A stretch of DNA of 64,000 bases from Seison nebaliae. Lineage: Eukaryota. The notes beneath the pieces were generated by a model. That model was not told the DNA's origin, ran no database searches, and saw nothing but the letters and a program-made list of their open reading frames with translations. This document shows, piece after piece, positions 60,512 to 64,000 of the stretch; position 1 is the first letter of the stretch; every line of letters starts with the position of its first letter. A program made the translations under genes and the position numbers. Location: the NCBI GenBank assembly GCA_023231475.1, contig JALJEE010000349.1, positions 62,001-126,000 on the forward strand, given 5' to 3'.

Positions 60512-62689
60512 TCAAATTAATTGTTGATCGGATGTGATGGAACGTTTCGTTTCATTCGGAGGTTTCCCCAAAACCTTCTCGATATCTTCATAAGACAACG
60601 TCTCCGTTCGGATCAATTCGTCAGTGAGTTTATTGAGCAATTTAACATTGTTGGACAAGACGCTACTTGCCAATTCCTCACATTCCAATAAGAGACGTCG
60701 CACTTCGTTGTCGATCATCATTTTCAATTTTTTACTAAAAACGGTTTTGCCTTTCGATTGGGAATTGGGTGGAAACGATATACTACCCACATCTTTTGAC
60801 ATGCCATATACTTGTACCATGTCATAGGCCATTTTCGTCGCTCTCTTCAAATCCTTCTCATTCGCCGTCGATAATTTATTGAGTTGTTGAATTTCACCTA
60901 ATCGACCCGCTAACATCGAAGCAATTTGATGTTTTAATTGTTCTTTCGATTTGATGAGATTGGTTTGAGGAATACATCGAACTGAACCGAGTTGAACATT
61001 CCCTTGAGACGCATCATTTCTCGCTAATAAAGAGAGTTTGAACGGGAGATCAGCATTGGGGAGAAACCATCGAACGATTGCCGTTGATGATTGATGAATA
61101 GCAGCCGAATGACGTTCTTCTAAACTGAGACGACTATTTCGTTTGGAACCGATGAGGAATCGTTCTAATGCTTGATCGAAATCATTTAATTCTACAGTCG
61201 ATTTCGATTGACGTGCTGCCATCAATGCAGCTTCATTACAAATATTCGCTAAATCGGCACCACTCATTCCTGGAGTGATTAATGATAATCGTTTACTCAC
61301 TTCCAATTTGATGTTCTCCAATGAACGAATTGGACGTAGATGTACTTGAATGATTTCTTCTCTTTCCAATTTAGTAGGATAATCGATATTGATATGACGA
61401 TCAAATCGTCCTGGTCGAAGAAGAGCTTTATCGAGAATTTCTGATCGATTTGTTGATCCGATAACAATAACATTATCAGCTTTATCTGTTTGAATTCCAT
61501 CCATTTCAGTTAATAATTGATTAAGTGTATGTTCTTCTTCACCAGAAGCTGATGATTGATTAGCATCCGAATTCCGTTTTCTTCCAATTGCATCAATCTC
61601 ATCAATATAAATGATACAAGGTGCTTTCTTTCTTGCTTCATCGAATAATGATCGAACACGAGCTGCTCCTAATCCTCCAATCATCTCAACAAATTCACTA
61701 CCAGCCATCGATAAAAATGGCACACTCGCTTCATTCGCTATCGCTCTCGCTAATAATGTTTTACCACAACCTGGTGGTCCTAACAATAATGCTCCCTTTG
61801 GAATTTTTGCTCCCATTCGAGTGAAACGTGTCGAATCTTGAAGATAATCGACGAATTCTTTCACTTCTTCTTTCGCCTCATTTAAACCGGCGACATCTTT
61901 AAATGAAATCAAATCTTTTGTCGATTGTCGTTCCTTCTTTCCCACCATTTGATATTTCGCTTTCGTCATTCCACCCATCATATTCATACTGTTGGGCATT
62001 TGAATTTTAATATTTCTTCCCAATAGATAGAGTGCGAAAAAGAGACCGAACATTAAAGCAATCGATAAAAATGATGATTGTCTTTTGTATGATAATTGAA
62101 TTCGATTTTCTTCATTGATTCCCAACTCTTTCTCCGCCTCCTGTAATTGATGTTCGAATTGTTCGAGATTTACATATCTTAAAAGATAAATATTCCGATT
62201 CGTTTTCTTCCCATGAAGAATGGCACCTGGATGAAGATAGACGATAGCTACTTCTTCCTCAGGATGAACGACAATTCGTTGCACTTCTCCTTTTGATAAC
62301 ATCTGCGAATGGAATTCATTCCAAGAAACGTAAATTCGATTCGATTCATCATATTCTTCTTCCATGAACAATAATTGAAGGAGATAATATGAGACCATTC
62401 CTAATAATCCAACGGATAATAATCGGAGAGCTGGTGGAATAGGTGGGGGAGATGACGAGTCAGAATCATTCTTTTCTTCTTCCTTCTTCTTCTCATCTTC
62501 CTTCAATTCTTTCTCAAACAATAATCGATATCTGTTGAAAATGTCTTTTGCATCCAAATTTTGCAAGACGTTACCCGTCGAAGAAATTGGTTGAAGTATC
62601 GAATTAGAAACAACTCCTCCATTCCTCCTCCAAATCATCCGATGTCTTCGATGAAAAAAGATTCGACGGAAATTTAAGAGAAAAGACAT
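60512..62689 (-). CDS. SPG7: Paraplegin-like mitochondrial m-AAA (FtsH family) subunit with a degenerate protease motif, intronless
   Basis: Arg-rich targeting peptide, two TM segments, GPPGCGKT, MAGSEFVEMIGGLGAARVR, IYIDEIDA, EEEHTLNQLL and ALLRPGRFDR. The HEXXH position reads HQSST. Confidence 0.93.
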   Translation of the reverse strand: MSFLLNFRRIFFHRRHRMIWRRNGGVVSNSILQPISSTGNVLQNLDAKDIFNRYRLLFEKELKEDEKKKEEEKNDSDSSSPPPIPPALRLLSVGLLGMVSYYLLQLLFMEEEYDESNRIYVSWNEFHSQMLSKGEVQRIVVHPEEEVAIVYLHPGAILHGKKTNRNIYLLRYVNLEQFEHQLQEAEKELGINEENRIQLSYKRQSSFLSIALMFGLFFALYLLGRNIKIQMPNSMNMMGGMTKAKYQMVGKKERQSTKDLISFKDVAGLNEAKEEVKEFVDYLQDSTRFTRMGAKIPKGALLLGPPGCGKTLLARAIANEASVPFLSMAGSEFVEMIGGLGAARVRSLFDEARKKAPCIIYIDEIDAIGRKRNSDANQSSASGEEEHTLNQLLTEMDGIQTDKADNVIVIGSTNRSEILDKALLRPGRFDRHINIDYPTKLEREEIIQVHLRPIRSLENIKLEVSKRLSLITPGMSGADLANICNEAALMAARQSKSTVELNDFDQALERFLIGSKRNSRLSLEERHSAAIHQSSTAIVRWFLPNADLPFKLSLLARNDASQGNVQLGSVRCIPQTNLIKSKEQLKHQIASMLAGRLGEIQQLNKLSTANEKDLKRATKMAYDMVQVYGMSKDVGSISFPPNSQSKGKTVFSKKLKMMIDNEVRRLLLECEELASSVLSNNVKLLNKLTDELIRTETLSYEDIEKVLGKPPNETKRSITSDQQLI

Positions 62690-63499
62690 TTCTCTTCAAC
62701 TAAAATTTCGAATTTCTTCCTCTTAATTTCCTCTTCATTTTCCCAGTCTTCTAATTGCACAATCATTCTCTATTAGAGAACTACTCGAAAGAACTAACAA
62801 ATATTACGATTCTTAACATTATACATCAAATTTATTTATTCCATCTAATTTACAACTCATTTATTTTTCTACTTATTTTATTAAAGTTTTTAAGAAGTTT
62901 GAAGGAGCAATTTCAATTTTCTTTAACATTTATAATCATTCACAGTTCTGATGATAGTTATAATGTTGGATTTATGTAGGGACTTTATATGTTTTTTTTT
63001 GGAATTAACAGGAAAATGAAATGATCCGATTAATTTATTTTCGGATAAAAATAAATTAAATGAAAAGAATTAAAATAAATAAATAAACATACGAGTTCAT
63101 AATAAGAACATTCTATTCATAATATATTATACTATTTGTAAGAAATGAATCAACATGAATTCTTTCCTGTTGGACGATTTTATGATTACATTAAAAGGTT
63201 GATTAGAATTTTATTGAAAACAAGAGCGTAGTTTAAGAGAAATAGTTAATTGAAAGTTTTTAAATGAAATTTACATGAAATTTTGTTAGATAGAGAATTG
63301 TATTTAATTTAACAATTTTATTTTTATGAAAATTATGGAATTAATTTAAAATAAGAAGAAATTAAAATAAAATAATTGTTGTCTTGTACTTGGATGTGAA
63401 GGATGTAGAGTTGACGATTCGAATAGACAGGAATTCGAATGGAAATGTTCGAAAGTTTAGCACTCAACAAAAATTCTCTGTTTTTGTTTTGTTTTGAAC

Positions 63500-64000
63500 A
63501 TGGAAAAAAAGGTTGATGATGAACTGCTTTATGATAGGCAGATCCGTCTTTGGGGAGCAACAGCACAAGAACAGTTTATAATTTATTATTTATTTATTAT
63601 ATAAATTTATTGGATTAGTTTGAGATCATCATCAATATTAGTCGTAGGTTTCTCCAACAGTATTGTGGAGTTTATGAAGAATATGGTTTTAAGTGGAGTT
63701 CGTCGAATTACATTGATTTGGCAAGAGGAAAAAGTTATATTTTATTTAGAGTTGATCTCTCATTTCATTGAAAGATTCAGATAAAAAGTGAAAGATATTT
63801 CTTTTCGTCTAGTCATCGAAATGAAAGTGAATTAAAGAAGGCACTTTTGGAATCGATGAAACGATTAAATAATAAAGTATTAGTTAATGTCCTTAATGAA
63901 AATGGAGATGATATCGATCAACGAAATGGATTTTTAAGTAAAACTCACAATATTCTATTATTAAACGAGAAGAGACGTTCCTCCATCTCATATTGGGAAG
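63500..64000 (+). CDS. SAE1: E1-like enzyme, most likely SUMO-activating enzyme subunit 1 (Aos1); runs off the window end
   Basis: MEKKVDDELLYDRQIRLWGATAQE, an intron, then LRSSSILVVG...EFMKNMVLSGVRRITL. Not represented in the ORF track. Confidence 0.8.

Overview
This is a compact, AT-rich animal genome segment with tiny introns (mostly 43-66 nt). The gene set suggests a microscopic spiralian or gnathiferan invertebrate, which is inference only. Genes in order: a 5'-truncated Kv channel, a ~37-intron type-I ferlin, a decayed non-LTR retrotransposon, a rabphilin/Noc2-family gene, a ~9 kb gene-empty tract, glycogenin, bleomycin hydrolase, a KIF12-like kinesin, an N-terminally extended calmodulin, a secreted Gln-repeat/Cys-rich protein, NTHL1, a PKA-like pseudokinase, an orphan membrane protein, CAMTA, a Wamide neuropeptide precursor, an inositol 5-phosphatase-like pseudoenzyme, paraplegin without its HEXXH motif, and the start of SAE1. 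The strongest signal is a splicing dialect. About 60 of ~70 hand-mapped introns begin GTT, and many end in AAG with weak pyrimidine tracts. The canonical GTAA/GTGA donors are confined to apparently alternative ferlin exons (a mutually exclusive pair, a 12-nt microexon, cassette exons). Three intact, intronless enzyme genes have lost key catalytic residues. All exon structures were deduced by eye from reading frame and family motifs, without transcript data.
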